64,000 bases of DNA from Nitrososphaerota archaeon (GCA_041641295.1 JBEPYO010000001.1:1376001-1440000); one strand, 5' to 3'; shown: positions 10,417-19,795, numbered from the stretch's first letter. Numbers and translations are program-made. Notes: generated by a model from the letters alone, not told the origin.

Positions 10417-11397
10417 ATGAAACCGTTAAGCGTAGTCTTAATCGGTTGCGGTGGCATAATGAATGTTCATGCGAAAAGTCTTGCATCATTAAAGGATGTT
10501 GCTCGGGTAGTGGCGTGCGTTGATGTTGTGCGTGACAAGGCGGTAGAATTCGCGAATAGGTTCGGGTGTAGCGCATACTCTGACCCTGTTAAAGCAGTCT
10601 CTGACACCAAACCAGATGCGGCATTAATAGCGGTACCGCCCAACGCGCACGGATTTGAGGAGGACATCTTGGAGCAGGGGGTTCACCTATTCATAGAGAA
10701 GCCGGTTGCGATAAACCTAGAAGTTGCCTCGAGAATACTCCGAAAGATTGAGAAAACAGGAGTCATCAACAGCGTGGGATATATGTGGAGATACCTTGAC
10801 GTGGTTCAGCTCGCGAAAAAAGAACTATCTGACCCCAAAGATATTGGGATGATTTATGGGCAGTATGTCTGGGCTGCTAACTTCCCTACAGGCCACTGGT
10901 GGTTAAAGAAGTCTGCGAGCGGTGGGCAGATAGTCGAGCAAGTAACACACACCATTGATCTTATAAGATATTTTGCCGGTGAGGCTGCCTCGGTTTACGC
11001 CAGGCTAGAGAGAAGGCTATCGAGAGATGACTCTATAGATGTTGAGGACTCATCCATAATTACCATCAGGCATAAAAGCGGCGTTCCATCGACTGTTGTA
11101 GCCACTTGGAAGAGCGTTAACACCATGCAGGATACTTTCCTGCGAATATTTGCAAGAGAGCTGGTTGTAGATATTGTCGGACATCAAAGAAAGGCTATAT
11201 TCTATAGGAATAATAGAGTTGAAGACCTGCGTAGCGCTGTTGACCCGTACCTCGAGGAGCTGAAGATATTTTTCGAGGCAGTTCGAAGCGGCGACCAGTC
11301 GCGTATACTTTCACCCTATTCAGACGCGTACAAGACACTCGAACTTACAATAATGGCTAATGAGTCTCATAGACTGGGCAAAATGATAGAGCTTTGA
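10417..11397 (+). CDS. Gfo/Idh/MocA family oxidoreductase
   Basis: 'IGCGGI' Rossmann, 'EKP', 'SGGQIVEQVTHTID'. Confidence 0.9.
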   Translation: MKPLSVVLIGCGGIMNVHAKSLASLKDVARVVACVDVVRDKAVEFANRFGCSAYSDPVKAVSDTKPDAALIAVPPNAHGFEEDILEQGVHLFIEKPVAINLEVASRILRKIEKTGVINSVGYMWRYLDVVQLAKKELSDPKDIGMIYGQYVWAANFPTGHWWLKKSASGGQIVEQVTHTIDLIRYFAGEAASVYARLERRLSRDDSIDVEDSSIITIRHKSGVPSTVVATWKSVNTMQDTFLRIFARELVVDIVGHQRKAIFYRNNRVEDLRSAVDPYLEELKIFFEAVRSGDQSRILSPYSDAYKTLELTIMANESHRLGKMIEL

Positions 11398-13058
11398 GCG
11401 GCCGGCGAATAGAAAAGAAATACGCTGCCGCGCTGTGCTTCGTTCTTTTAGCCTATTGGCTCTTCAATAGCGATGTAATACCCATCCAGCCCACAGTAAT
11501 AGCCTCTTTACCCCCAAACAAGCCCTATTTTCTAGACGTTACGCAAGACGCTGGCCTTTATGTGAAAGTTGTCGACGACTCTGAGATTTTCTGGATTCCA
11601 GGTGTAGGGAGTTGTTGGGGTGACTATGACAGGGATGGAGACTTGGACGTCTACATTGTGGGCTGGAACGCCCCGGGCAGGCTCTTCCGCAACGAGGGTA
11701 AATTCAAGTTTGAAGATGTGACGAGTGAGGCTGGACTATTAGTTAAAGAACTGAGTCAAAAAGGGATGTCTTGTACTTGGTCCGACTATGACAACAGCGG
11801 ATACCCATCCCTACTTGTAACCTTTTATGACTCGCCATATGGCAATGTACACCTGTTTAAAAATCTGGGGAATGGCAAATTCAGTCTGGTAACTCGCGAG
11901 GCTGGTCTATTGCATAATAGTGGGAAATATGCTGCAGGGGCTGCTTGGGGGGACGTAAACAGGGATGGGTGTTTAGACCTCTATATTGGATACTATGTTA
12001 ATCTCCGCTTAGTTAGAGGCGGTACAATTTTCGGTCAAGGAGCAGGTAACCAACTGTTCCTAAACAATTGTGATGGAACCTTTACAGAGTCTGCAGGCAT
12101 TTTCGGAGTCTTGGACTACGGCTACACATTCCAGCCCACTTTCATAGACTATGATAGAGATGGATTTTTAGACCTCTTCCTAGCTAATGACTTCGGCTAT
12201 ACCCGGCTTTACAGGAATGAGGAGGGTAGACGCTTTACCAGCGTCTCATCTAGTATGGGTGTCGAGAGGATAGGTCAGTGGATGGGTGTGGCGTACGGAG
12301 ACATAGACATGGATGGGTACTGGGACATCATAGTGACAAACTACGACGATAATATACTCCTAAAATACACGGGCTCCTACTTCAATGATATTGCACCTAG
12401 AGTAAGATTAACAGATCCCTACCAGGTTGGTTGGGGTGTATGCATACTCGACATCGATAATAACGGGCTCCTAGACGTTGTTATGGCTAATGGAAAAATA
12501 GGTGTAAGGACAGATAAGCCTCCCAACCAGATGAACAAGATATTCTATAACATTGGGCCATTTTTCTACGATGCTAGTTGGCAGGCCGGTGTGGCAAGAC
12601 ATGGCAACTTTCGCGGATTGACGTGTGTTGATGCAGACCTTGACGGCGGCGTCGACCTTTTATTCTACGACCTCTCGGGACACCCCATACTCTATAGAAA
12701 CGTTCTCTCAAATCATACAGGCAATCGTTGGGTTCAAATTAGGCTGGAGGGAAGTACTTGGCTTTGTGGCGCATGTACATATAAAACTAGTCGAGAAGCG
12801 GTAGGTGCTGTAGTAGAAATAGAAATCTTGGGAAGGGTCTACCGCCAGACTGTCGTGAAAGGAACCTCTTTTCTATCCGACAATGGTCCATGGTTATACT
12901 TTGGTCTGGGGATGGCTTCGCGTATTGATAGGCTTACAGTGTATTGGCCGAGCGGGATCGTCGAGGAATATAAAGACCTTCCAGCGAATAGTATCCTCTC
13001 CATAAAGGAGCAGGGAGGGTGTAGTGTAGTCGGGGGTCTCTTAGCGCATGAGGAATAG
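11394..13058 (+). CDS. CRTAC1-like FG-GAP repeat protein with C-terminal ASPIC/UnbV domain
   Basis: Repeated 'GDYDRDGDLD'-type Ca-binding motifs; C-terminal 'AVGAVV...LYFGLG...RLTVYWPSG'; N-terminal anchor. Confidence 0.88.
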   Translation: MSGRRIEKKYAAALCFVLLAYWLFNSDVIPIQPTVIASLPPNKPYFLDVTQDAGLYVKVVDDSEIFWIPGVGSCWGDYDRDGDLDVYIVGWNAPGRLFRNEGKFKFEDVTSEAGLLVKELSQKGMSCTWSDYDNSGYPSLLVTFYDSPYGNVHLFKNLGNGKFSLVTREAGLLHNSGKYAAGAAWGDVNRDGCLDLYIGYYVNLRLVRGGTIFGQGAGNQLFLNNCDGTFTESAGIFGVLDYGYTFQPTFIDYDRDGFLDLFLANDFGYTRLYRNEEGRRFTSVSSSMGVERIGQWMGVAYGDIDMDGYWDIIVTNYDDNILLKYTGSYFNDIAPRVRLTDPYQVGWGVCILDIDNNGLLDVVMANGKIGVRTDKPPNQMNKIFYNIGPFFYDASWQAGVARHGNFRGLTCVDADLDGGVDLLFYDLSGHPILYRNVLSNHTGNRWVQIRLEGSTWLCGACTYKTSREAVGAVVEIEILGRVYRQTVVKGTSFLSDNGPWLYFGLGMASRIDRLTVYWPSGIVEEYKDLPANSILSIKEQGGCSVVGGLLAHEE

Positions 13059-14385
13059 CAATGCTCAGACAAGCAGTGTAGTGCTTCATTGGCTTCAGGA
13101 TCTTAACTCAGATGGCCTGCTAAACGCGGTCGCGTTAACTGCCTTCGTGGCGCAAACACTTCATATGATCGAGCACAGCGTCCAGATGTATCAACACGTG
13201 GTACTTGGTTTACCAACAAAGCTTGCAAATGGTCTATTATTCTTCCTAGACTTGGAGTGGAACCACTTCATCTTCAACGCATTATACCTAGTATTTCTCG
13301 CTATAATACTCGTCAGAATGAGGTTATGGTCCCTAATAAGGCTAGATAAAGAAGCCATTATCCCAAACATCTTCATCGCAGGATTCGCCATTCAATCATA
13401 TCATCTCGTAGAACACACGTATAGAATGTATGAGTTTCTCACCATAGGATGCACCCCATGCACAGGAATATTAGGAAAATTTTTCAACATGGTTCACTTC
13501 CACTTCCTCCTCAACGTTGCAGCGTACCTGCCTATACTGCTTCTAATAATAAAAAGCGGTGTATTCAAACAGCTTTTTTACCTTACGGGTGAAAACCAGG
13601 TAAAACAGAGCCTATGGGAGGAGACTCTTAAATCTCCGGCTCTGATGTTGACGTTAATACTGTTGTATGGTACTTATACTGGATACGGTGTAGACATCTA
13701 CCTACTAGGCTTAACAATCTTCACTGCGGTTGGTGTATCGTTATTTATCTCAATATTTGAGGGTGGGTTGTACAGGAACATGCTTGATGCGCTCACAATA
13801 TCTATACTGACTGTCATGTGTATAAACATGTCGTATGTTAGTGCGCTGGCCATAGTTCTGGTAAGCCTATTTTCGGCGCGGGTGTTGTCTGGGGAGAGAA
13901 AACTTAGGCTGAACCATATAGCATTTTCATTTACCCTAATACTTCTCCTCTCTTCACCTTCACTCGCAGCTTCTAGGTGGGGGACATACAACCTCTACAC
14001 CTTTTTCACATTACTTCTAGTCTTAGGTTTCTCGAGAGCTGCGTTTACAAAAACAATTGACCTTGTTCTGGCCTACATATTTTCTTGGATAGTTCTCTTT
14101 ATCCCCTTTCAGCTGTCGCAGCTAGAGGCGCCCCTCACGGATATACTACTGATCATACCATCCTCAGCCTTCAAACTATTTACTAATCCCTTGCTAAGCC
14201 TCATAGCCTTCTTTATTCTCCCCCTCCCTAATACTTTCCCGACGAGTAAGTGGCGTATAGCCTATCCCGCGGCCAGTGCGACGCTTTCTTTCGCATTATC
14301 ACAAGTTGTGCCGGTTGATATAGCCGCCTTCGCCGGCATAATGCTTTCAAATATTTCCTACATCATAATCAGTCGAGCCCACTGA
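13048..14385 (+). CDS. Membrane protein: His-rich N-terminal domain (DUF6008-like) fused to UnbU/RnfD-like domain
   Basis: 'HMIEH','EWNHFIFN','HLVEH','HFHFLLN' helices, then a multi-TM region with 'LNHIAF' and 'FFILPLPNTFP' resembling RnfD/NqrB-family loops. Confidence 0.55.
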   Translation: MRNSNAQTSSVVLHWLQDLNSDGLLNAVALTAFVAQTLHMIEHSVQMYQHVVLGLPTKLANGLLFFLDLEWNHFIFNALYLVFLAIILVRMRLWSLIRLDKEAIIPNIFIAGFAIQSYHLVEHTYRMYEFLTIGCTPCTGILGKFFNMVHFHFLLNVAAYLPILLLIIKSGVFKQLFYLTGENQVKQSLWEETLKSPALMLTLILLYGTYTGYGVDIYLLGLTIFTAVGVSLFISIFEGGLYRNMLDALTISILTVMCINMSYVSALAIVLVSLFSARVLSGERKLRLNHIAFSFTLILLLSSPSLAASRWGTYNLYTFFTLLLVLGFSRAAFTKTIDLVLAYIFSWIVLFIPFQLSQLEAPLTDILLIIPSSAFKLFTNPLLSLIAFFILPLPNTFPTSKWRIAYPAASATLSFALSQVVPVDIAAFAGIMLSNISYIIISRAH

Positions 14386-14412
14386 TTGCCCCTAGGTGTT
14401 AAATGCTATTTT

Positions 14413-15165
14413 TCATTTCTTATTTTCTTGGTCTTCGCCAACCTCTATTTCGCCTACCCTAACTCTAACCGCGCCTCTCTCCTCCTCCCTCTCTATCTTT
14501 CCGTCGCGTATCCACAGGATGCGGTCAGATACATCGATCATTTTTAAGTCGTGGGTAGCTGCTATTACTGTTACTTTCCTCTTCAAGTTCAGGTCTTTTA
14601 GTAGATCAATTATTTGCCGCCCTGTCTTAAGGTCTAGGTTTCCAGTCGGCTCATCGGCTAGTATTATGCTGGGGTCGTTGGCTAGCGCTCTTGCGACTGC
14701 GACTCTTTGCTGCTGGCCACCTGAGAGCTCCATGGGCCTGTGATGCAGCCTGTCGCCAAGTCCGACTGTCTCGAGGAGTTCTTTAGCCTTTTTAAATCTC
14801 TCTTCACGTGGGACGCCTGCAAAAATCATCGGGAGCATAACATTTTCCAGAGCCGTTAGAGTGGGTATCAGGTTGAATGTCTGGAAGATGTAGCCGATCT
14901 TCCTATTTCTAAGCCAAGCCAGCTCGTAAGAGTCTAGCTTCGAGATGTCTACTCCGTCTACATAGACTGTCCCCTCGGTGGGCTTGTCCAATCCTCCGAT
15001 CATGTTGAATAGTGTGGTCTTTCCCGAACCTGAGGGGCCCATGATAGAGATGTATTCGCCGCGATAGATCTTGAGATCAACACCGTCTAGTGCTACTACG
15101 TCCACCTTTCCCAGCTTATAGATCTTCTTCAACCCCTCCGTCTCTACGACCACTTCTCTTGACAT
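14413..15165 (-). CDS. ABC transporter ATP-binding protein (LolD/MacB-like)
   Basis: Walker A GPSGSGKT, LSGGQQQR, ADEPTGNLD. Confidence 0.93.
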   Translation of the reverse strand: MSREVVVETEGLKKIYKLGKVDVVALDGVDLKIYRGEYISIMGPSGSGKTTLFNMIGGLDKPTEGTVYVDGVDISKLDSYELAWLRNRKIGYIFQTFNLIPTLTALENVMLPMIFAGVPREERFKKAKELLETVGLGDRLHHRPMELSGGQQQRVAVARALANDPSIILADEPTGNLDLKTGRQIIDLLKDLNLKRKVTVIAATHDLKMIDVSDRILWIRDGKIEREEERGAVRVRVGEIEVGEDQENKK

Positions 15166-15265
15166 CCAGCAGACCGTTGTGCAGAGTCGTTATATAAGCA
15201 TATCTGCTGAAGTATTCATACTCAGACATTGAGAGAGATTTCAGTCAAATGAGGGTGTAGCGGAT

Positions 15266-16309
15266 TTAAAGATTTGTGGGTTGAGGAACCGTGAGACTCA
15301 GGTTGAGGATCAGGCCCTTGTCCAAGAATTCTTCCCAAGTTATCCTTCCAAGTGCCACCATGACTTCCATGGGTAGGAGGAGTGGTTTTGAGAATCGTGC
15401 CTGGTCTTCGATGCTCAGTCTGGGGCATGCCGTGTTGATGTAGGCGTCGTAGGTGAAGTCGGCTATGTTTTCCATCGTTATCTCGTCTGAGACTATTATG
15501 TTTGCCTCCCGCCCATCCTCGTTTAGAATGTTTTTGAGCTTCTGCGCGAGCCCCATCATGTATTGGCCTGGTTTCCTGCTCACGAGGATGGCTATTCGCC
15601 GCGCCTCCTTGAATCTCTGGATCAAGTAGTACCTTGTAGCTAGTATTCTCTTCGCCCTCTCATCCATCCATTCAACCTTCTGTGTGTGGGGGTCGGCCAT
15701 GAGTGTGGGTTTCTTGGAAATGAGGGCCGCTCCGAGAGCGTGAAAGACGGACCCTACAACAATGTAGCAGTCGACGATGGGCTCAATCGTCTTTAGCGAT
15801 GAGTAGTCGCATCCCAGAACTTGTCCCCTATGTGCAAGGTGGCCGCCGGGCCCACCTGCCACTACACTGAAGCCTCTAGCAGCCAGGTCTTCCATGAATT
15901 GTGTCATGTGGTTTAACCACTGGACGCTCATACCTACACCCACTTTCCTATACCCTGTCAGCGCTTTTGCTATTGGCTCGATCAGGCTTTCCAATGGCTT
16001 ATAGTCCTTGTATCGTGCCTCCACGTAGAAGACAGGAAGCTCGGTGTGGGGTAGGAATGGTGCATGGCCTATGTGGATGATGGCCTCAGCACCTACCCGC
16101 TTAGCCTCTTCAACAGCTATGTCACAGCCGCCCCAAGTGGGGCTTGACGAGATAAATGCATCAACCCCCTCACCAGAGATCAACGAACATATTTGCTCCG
16201 CCAACCCTCTGAGCCCTAGTGGCGACTGAATCAGCACCCTCCTTGGCCTTAACTTTCTCAGCCAGTCCAAGATCTCTAGGCTGTCAAACTCAACAGACAG
16301 AATAACCAC
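15266..16309 (-). CDS. dph2: Diphthamide biosynthesis enzyme Dph2
   Basis: 'WGGCD', 'HIGH', 'GQVLGC', 'TACPR' three-Cys Fe-S motifs. Confidence 0.92.
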   Translation of the reverse strand: MVILSVEFDSLEILDWLRKLRPRRVLIQSPLGLRGLAEQICSLISGEGVDAFISSSPTWGGCDIAVEEAKRVGAEAIIHIGHAPFLPHTELPVFYVEARYKDYKPLESLIEPIAKALTGYRKVGVGMSVQWLNHMTQFMEDLAARGFSVVAGGPGGHLAHRGQVLGCDYSSLKTIEPIVDCYIVVGSVFHALGAALISKKPTLMADPHTQKVEWMDERAKRILATRYYLIQRFKEARRIAILVSRKPGQYMMGLAQKLKNILNEDGREANIIVSDEITMENIADFTYDAYINTACPRLSIEDQARFSKPLLLPMEVMVALGRITWEEFLDKGLILNLSLTVPQPTNL

Positions 16310-16319
16310 CCCTATTTTA

Positions 16320-16376
16320 GCTCAGTTAACTTCAGGGTTCTTCACGCTTTCCGCACTCGGCAAACTCATCATCGCC
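16320..16376 (-). ncRNA. C/D box guide sRNA, probable 23S rRNA targets
   Basis: ATGATGA-gtttgccgagtg-CGGA-aagc-GTGAAGA-accctgaagttaa-CTGA; guides complementary to conserved 23S 'ACUCGGCAAA...UAACUUCGGG'. Confidence 0.78.
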
Positions 16377-16433
16377 GAAACAGAGTGTGTAGTGGCCGTT
16401 ATTATGTCTTGCTGAGGGCGGCGGAGTGTTGCG

Positions 16434-17060
16434 CTATTTTGACTGGCTCCTGACTAGGGGATGCCTGGTGGGGAGCTGTGGAAGAGTGACCAGTATTCTG
16501 TTGTATGCCGCGTATGCTGGGAGGACGCTTATGAAGATGTGTAGGATGTTGAAGATGGATGTAAAGGCCACCATGACTGCCGCCAAGGTTAGGTCGGATT
16601 CTACAGCAATCCCGATACCGCTTAGCACTCTTCTCGAGAATGGGAGGTATACGCCGGGGAAGAGGTAGTAGTATAGGATGAAGGTGGCGCCTGCCATTAT
16701 TGCCGTCCTCGAAAGTAGGGCGAGTGCAACACTGTTCAGGACCATTGACCCACCCTTGATTCGCGAGGCGGCCTCAAGGCCTAATATTGTCGCTAGGACG
16801 GCGAGGAGTTTCATTGCGGGTCCGATGAGCTGGTGAAATGGTGTCCCGAAGTTTAATGCGATCCAGTGGGCGAGTGCGGCGACTAGGCCTCCGGATATCC
16901 CGAACATGAAGTAGGCTAGGATGTCAGGTATCTCCGAGATGTCGAAGGATAGGAATGGCAGGAGAGGGTAGCGGATGTGGAGCTTCATTAGAGATAATGC
17001 GTAGGCGAGTGCCGCTAGGACCGCCACGCCTGCGACCCATTTAGTGTTTACCCGCTTCAT
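16434..17060 (-). CDS. ECF transporter S-component (RibU-like)
   Basis: 'YPLLPFLSFDISEIP' motif, ~6 TMs. Confidence 0.8.
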   Translation of the reverse strand: MKRVNTKWVAGVAVLAALAYALSLMKLHIRYPLLPFLSFDISEIPDILAYFMFGISGGLVAALAHWIALNFGTPFHQLIGPAMKLLAVLATILGLEAASRIKGGSMVLNSVALALLSRTAIMAGATFILYYYLFPGVYLPFSRRVLSGIGIAVESDLTLAAVMVAFTSIFNILHIFISVLPAYAAYNRILVTLPQLPTRHPLVRSQSK

Positions 17061-17152
17061 GGCGTATTGTATAGGTATGTATGAGTTTAATAAATTTGAA
17101 TCTTATTTCCATTTTTCTTGACTACTAAATCACCAAAAAATGTACACTAATA

Positions 17153-17455
17153 TCACTCACTCGCGATAATTCCCATTGAGGCCAGTGTTTGGAAGAGTGC
17201 CATTATGTCCAAGCCCTTCCTCAAAGCTACAACCCTGCTACGACCCACCTCATAGACAGTAACGAGGCCTGCCCTCCGGAGTATTGTAATGTGCCTGTAA
17301 ACTGCCGAGTATCTCTTCTTTAAAAGCCGCGCATATGCCTTGATGTGGAGGGGCCTGTCGTTCTGACTTGCGATTAGGAGGATCTTGAGCCTCGTCTCAT
17401 TTCCTAAGGCATTGAAGATGCTGCTTAGCTCTGTAATCTTTTGTTCCGAAATCAT
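17153..17455 (-). CDS. ArsR family transcriptional regulator
   Basis: 'FNALGNETRLKIL...SAVYRHITILRRAGLV' winged HTH. Confidence 0.88.
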   Translation of the reverse strand: MISEQKITELSSIFNALGNETRLKILLIASQNDRPLHIKAYARLLKKRYSAVYRHITILRRAGLVTVYEVGRSRVVALRKGLDIMALFQTLASMGIIASE

Positions 17456-17511
17456 GCCAATAATAAGCCATTTTGGTGTTTATATTGATTCAACTCTGCT
17501 ATACGCATTTA

Positions 17512-17525
17512 TGAGTATTTACTCA
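17512..17525. promoter_or_regulatory. Palindromic operator candidate TGAGTA-TT-TACTCA
   Basis: Inverted repeat immediately before a TATA-like 'tatatatt'; conserved in the duplicate copy. Confidence 0.55.
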
Positions 17526-17562
17526 CTATATATTACGTGAGGTACTATGTGGAATAGTTGAT

Positions 17563-17769
17563 TTGAGGACTGGTTCTAAAAGTTGGTGCCTTAAGATAGG
17601 GGTCGTCTTTTTGGTATTGGTGGCCTTTGGCGGGATGGCCTTTACACTGGGGCTTTTAAGGCTCAGCTTTCCACTTTCAACCCTCTCCTATCTTAAATTT
17701 GACCTCGCCGAGATACCCCCCATTATCGCCGTACTGATGTTCGGTAAGGCGTTTTGGTTTTCATATTGA
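17563..17769 (+). pseudogene. Truncated duplicate of ECF S-component 5' end
   Basis: 'LSYLKFDLAEIPPIIAVLMFG' nearly identical to the next gene, then terminates. Confidence 0.8.
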
Positions 17770-17793
17770 CTTAACTCGATGATACACGTTCGC

Positions 17794-17806
17794 GAGTATT
17801 TACTCA
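17794..17806. promoter_or_regulatory. Second copy of operator GAGTA-TT-TACTCA
   Basis: Upstream of the intact ECF S gene, next to 'taatatatt'. Confidence 0.55.
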
Positions 17807-17825
17807 TAATATATTAGCTGAGAAA

Positions 17826-18494
17826 TTGTGCGGAGTGGTCGGGTTGAGGAAGGGTCCTAAAAGTAGGAGCCTTATGATAGGGGCAGTCTTTGGCGGTTTG
17901 GCGTTCACGCTAGGCCTTCTGCCACTCAGCTTTCCGTTTCCACCCCTCCCCTACCTTAAATTTGACCTCGCCGAGATCCCCTCCTTCATCGCCATATTGA
18001 TGTTCGGCCCCGCGGTCGGCTTTATCTCAGCTACAAGCCACTTCCTCGCACTGCTCATGTTCGGTGAATGGACACCAATCGGCCCTTTAATGAAGTATCT
18101 GGCGGTCTCATCTAGTCTGTTAGGATTCTGGGCAGCCGCGCGCATTACGACGGGTATGGGGACGAGGGTTTGCTCTGTTTCACTGGCATTATTCGGGGCG
18201 GGTGCGAGGATTATCGTAATGGCTATGGCTAACTACGTGTTACTTACGGCTTTCTTCCCCTTCTTTCTCGACCTCGGCGCCAAATACCTTTCAAGCTTCA
18301 TGGGACTCTCATTAACTACGGAGGGCGAGAAGCTCTTCTTCGTGCTATTGTTCACAGCCATCTATAATGCTCTCCACATCCCCTTCTCCATGATCCCCGC
18401 TCTTCTCCTCACACGCTCCCTAGCACCGATCTCTCCCCGACTGGGCTCCCCGTCACCTTGGATTGTCGTTGTGGCCCAGAGCAAAAAAAGTTGA
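17826..18494 (+). CDS. ECF transporter S-component (RibU-like)
   Basis: 'FPPLPYLKFDLAEIP...FGP' motif, TMs. Confidence 0.85.
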   Translation: MCGVVGLRKGPKSRSLMIGAVFGGLAFTLGLLPLSFPFPPLPYLKFDLAEIPSFIAILMFGPAVGFISATSHFLALLMFGEWTPIGPLMKYLAVSSSLLGFWAAARITTGMGTRVCSVSLALFGAGARIIVMAMANYVLLTAFFPFFLDLGAKYLSSFMGLSLTTEGEKLFFVLLFTAIYNALHIPFSMIPALLLTRSLAPISPRLGSPSPWIVVVAQSKKS

Positions 18495-18514
18495 GGGCGA
18501 GTCGGTTAGATATG

Positions 18515-19231
18515 CTACATGACGCCGGGGGTGCGGCCGCGTCTATACATTCTCTCTAACGCCCTAGCTGCCCTTATACGGTCTATCTCTTCGTCAAGCT
18601 GTGTGTAGTCGAGTGTGATGCCGAGTATCCTCGATAATACCTCGAGTACGGCCTTGGCGGCTGCGGGCTGCCTGATGTGTGGATCATTGATCTCGCCTAG
18701 CAGGCATGCACCCGTCAGACCGCGCTCCCGAGCAATACCTAGTAATAGGCCGTTGAAGCCCGTAATGTATCCCTCAGACTCTAGAGGCGTCGTGCCGTAA
18801 CTCCTTAGCTTCTCATCCATCGCGTCTGTCAGGGCTGCGTGAAAGACTCTTGGATGCTCTGTGAGTGCGTCTTCGTAGTGTGCCGCGCCAATCGTGTAAA
18901 CCTCCTCGACACCCGCCTGCTGCGCAATGTCCAGAACATTCTCGCAGAGCTCATATAGGAGGCTCGGCTCTGAGGGCTGATGCGTCCCAGTCATAGCGAT
19001 GAAGTTCAGTCCATCTCTAAAAAACAGCGTGTATTTCCCCCTCTCAAACTCTATGATCCCTTGTCTGTGAGTGACGAATGGTGGCCAAGTGTCAATACAT
19101 GTGGCGAATGGCTCAAGGCGCAGCTCACGTATCAGGTGCTCCATAGCTATTCCAGCTACATTGCCCATGTCGGGCAGCCCTGCCACTAGCTTGCTGACCC
19201 TCGTCGGAATTTGCGTAACTCTAAACTTCAT
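18515..19231 (-). CDS. PAC2 family proteasome assembly chaperone homolog
   Basis: 'GLPDMGNVAGIA', 'ITGFNGLLLG', 'CLLGE...PAAAKAVL'. Confidence 0.87.
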   Translation of the reverse strand: MKFRVTQIPTRVSKLVAGLPDMGNVAGIAMEHLIRELRLEPFATCIDTWPPFVTHRQGIIEFERGKYTLFFRDGLNFIAMTGTHQPSEPSLLYELCENVLDIAQQAGVEEVYTIGAAHYEDALTEHPRVFHAALTDAMDEKLRSYGTTPLESEGYITGFNGLLLGIARERGLTGACLLGEINDPHIRQPAAAKAVLEVLSRILGITLDYTQLDEEIDRIRAARALERMYRRGRTPGVM

Positions 19232-19329
19232 GTCAATAAGAATAGCCAGCCGGGATAAAAGGGTTGAACTATATCTTAATTCTTATTCGCAAGGAGGCCG
19301 AGAATGTATAGATACTAGTCGACAGCTGG

Positions 19330-19764
19330 TTGGTGGGGGAGATGATAAGGATACCGCGCAAAGTGATTGACGAGCTGTATAATGATGTCTCGAGACGATA
19401 TCCTGAAGAGGCATGCGGACTCTTGGTAGGAAGACTCGACTCGGGTGTTAGAGTGGTAGGATATCTCGTTCCTGTGAAAAACTCCTACATCGGTGAGAAG
19501 AATAGGCGTTATCTGATTGACCCGCTCGAGTATATGCGGGTTGAGGATGAGGCTGCGTCGAAGGGTGAGATGGTGGTGGGGGTTTATCACAGCCACCCTG
19601 ACGCGCCAGCTATCCCGAGCAATTTTGACCATCTCAACGCCGTGCCTTTCCTGAGCTATGTAATTTTATCCGTTAGCCGTGGGAGGGTTGTTGAGATCTC
19701 TGCGTGGTTTCTGAACGAAGTGACTTGGAAGCTTGAGCGCGACTTGTTAGAAGTGGTGGAGTAG
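19330..19764 (+). CDS. JAB/MPN+ (M67) metallo-isopeptidase, prokaryotic type
   Basis: 'EACGLL', 'YHSHPDAPAIPSNFD'. Confidence 0.9.
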   Translation: MVGEMIRIPRKVIDELYNDVSRRYPEEACGLLVGRLDSGVRVVGYLVPVKNSYIGEKNRRYLIDPLEYMRVEDEAASKGEMVVGVYHSHPDAPAIPSNFDHLNAVPFLSYVILSVSRGRVVEISAWFLNEVTWKLERDLLEVVE

Positions 19765-19795
19765 CAGCGCCTATCTTTAGACCAGACAGTTCATC

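Larger units (their letters stand above)
17471..18008 (+). repeat. Diverged tandem duplication (~280-bp unit) of promoter plus 5' part of ECF S gene
   Basis: ~17471-17746 matches ~17751-18008, e.g. 'gagtatttactca' and 'cttaaatttgacctcgccgagat' occur in both. Confidence 0.85.

Noticed and set aside
15200-15262. CTGA/ATGA motifs suggesting a third C/D sRNA
   Set aside because: No recognisable C box or D box at the right spacing and no target recognised
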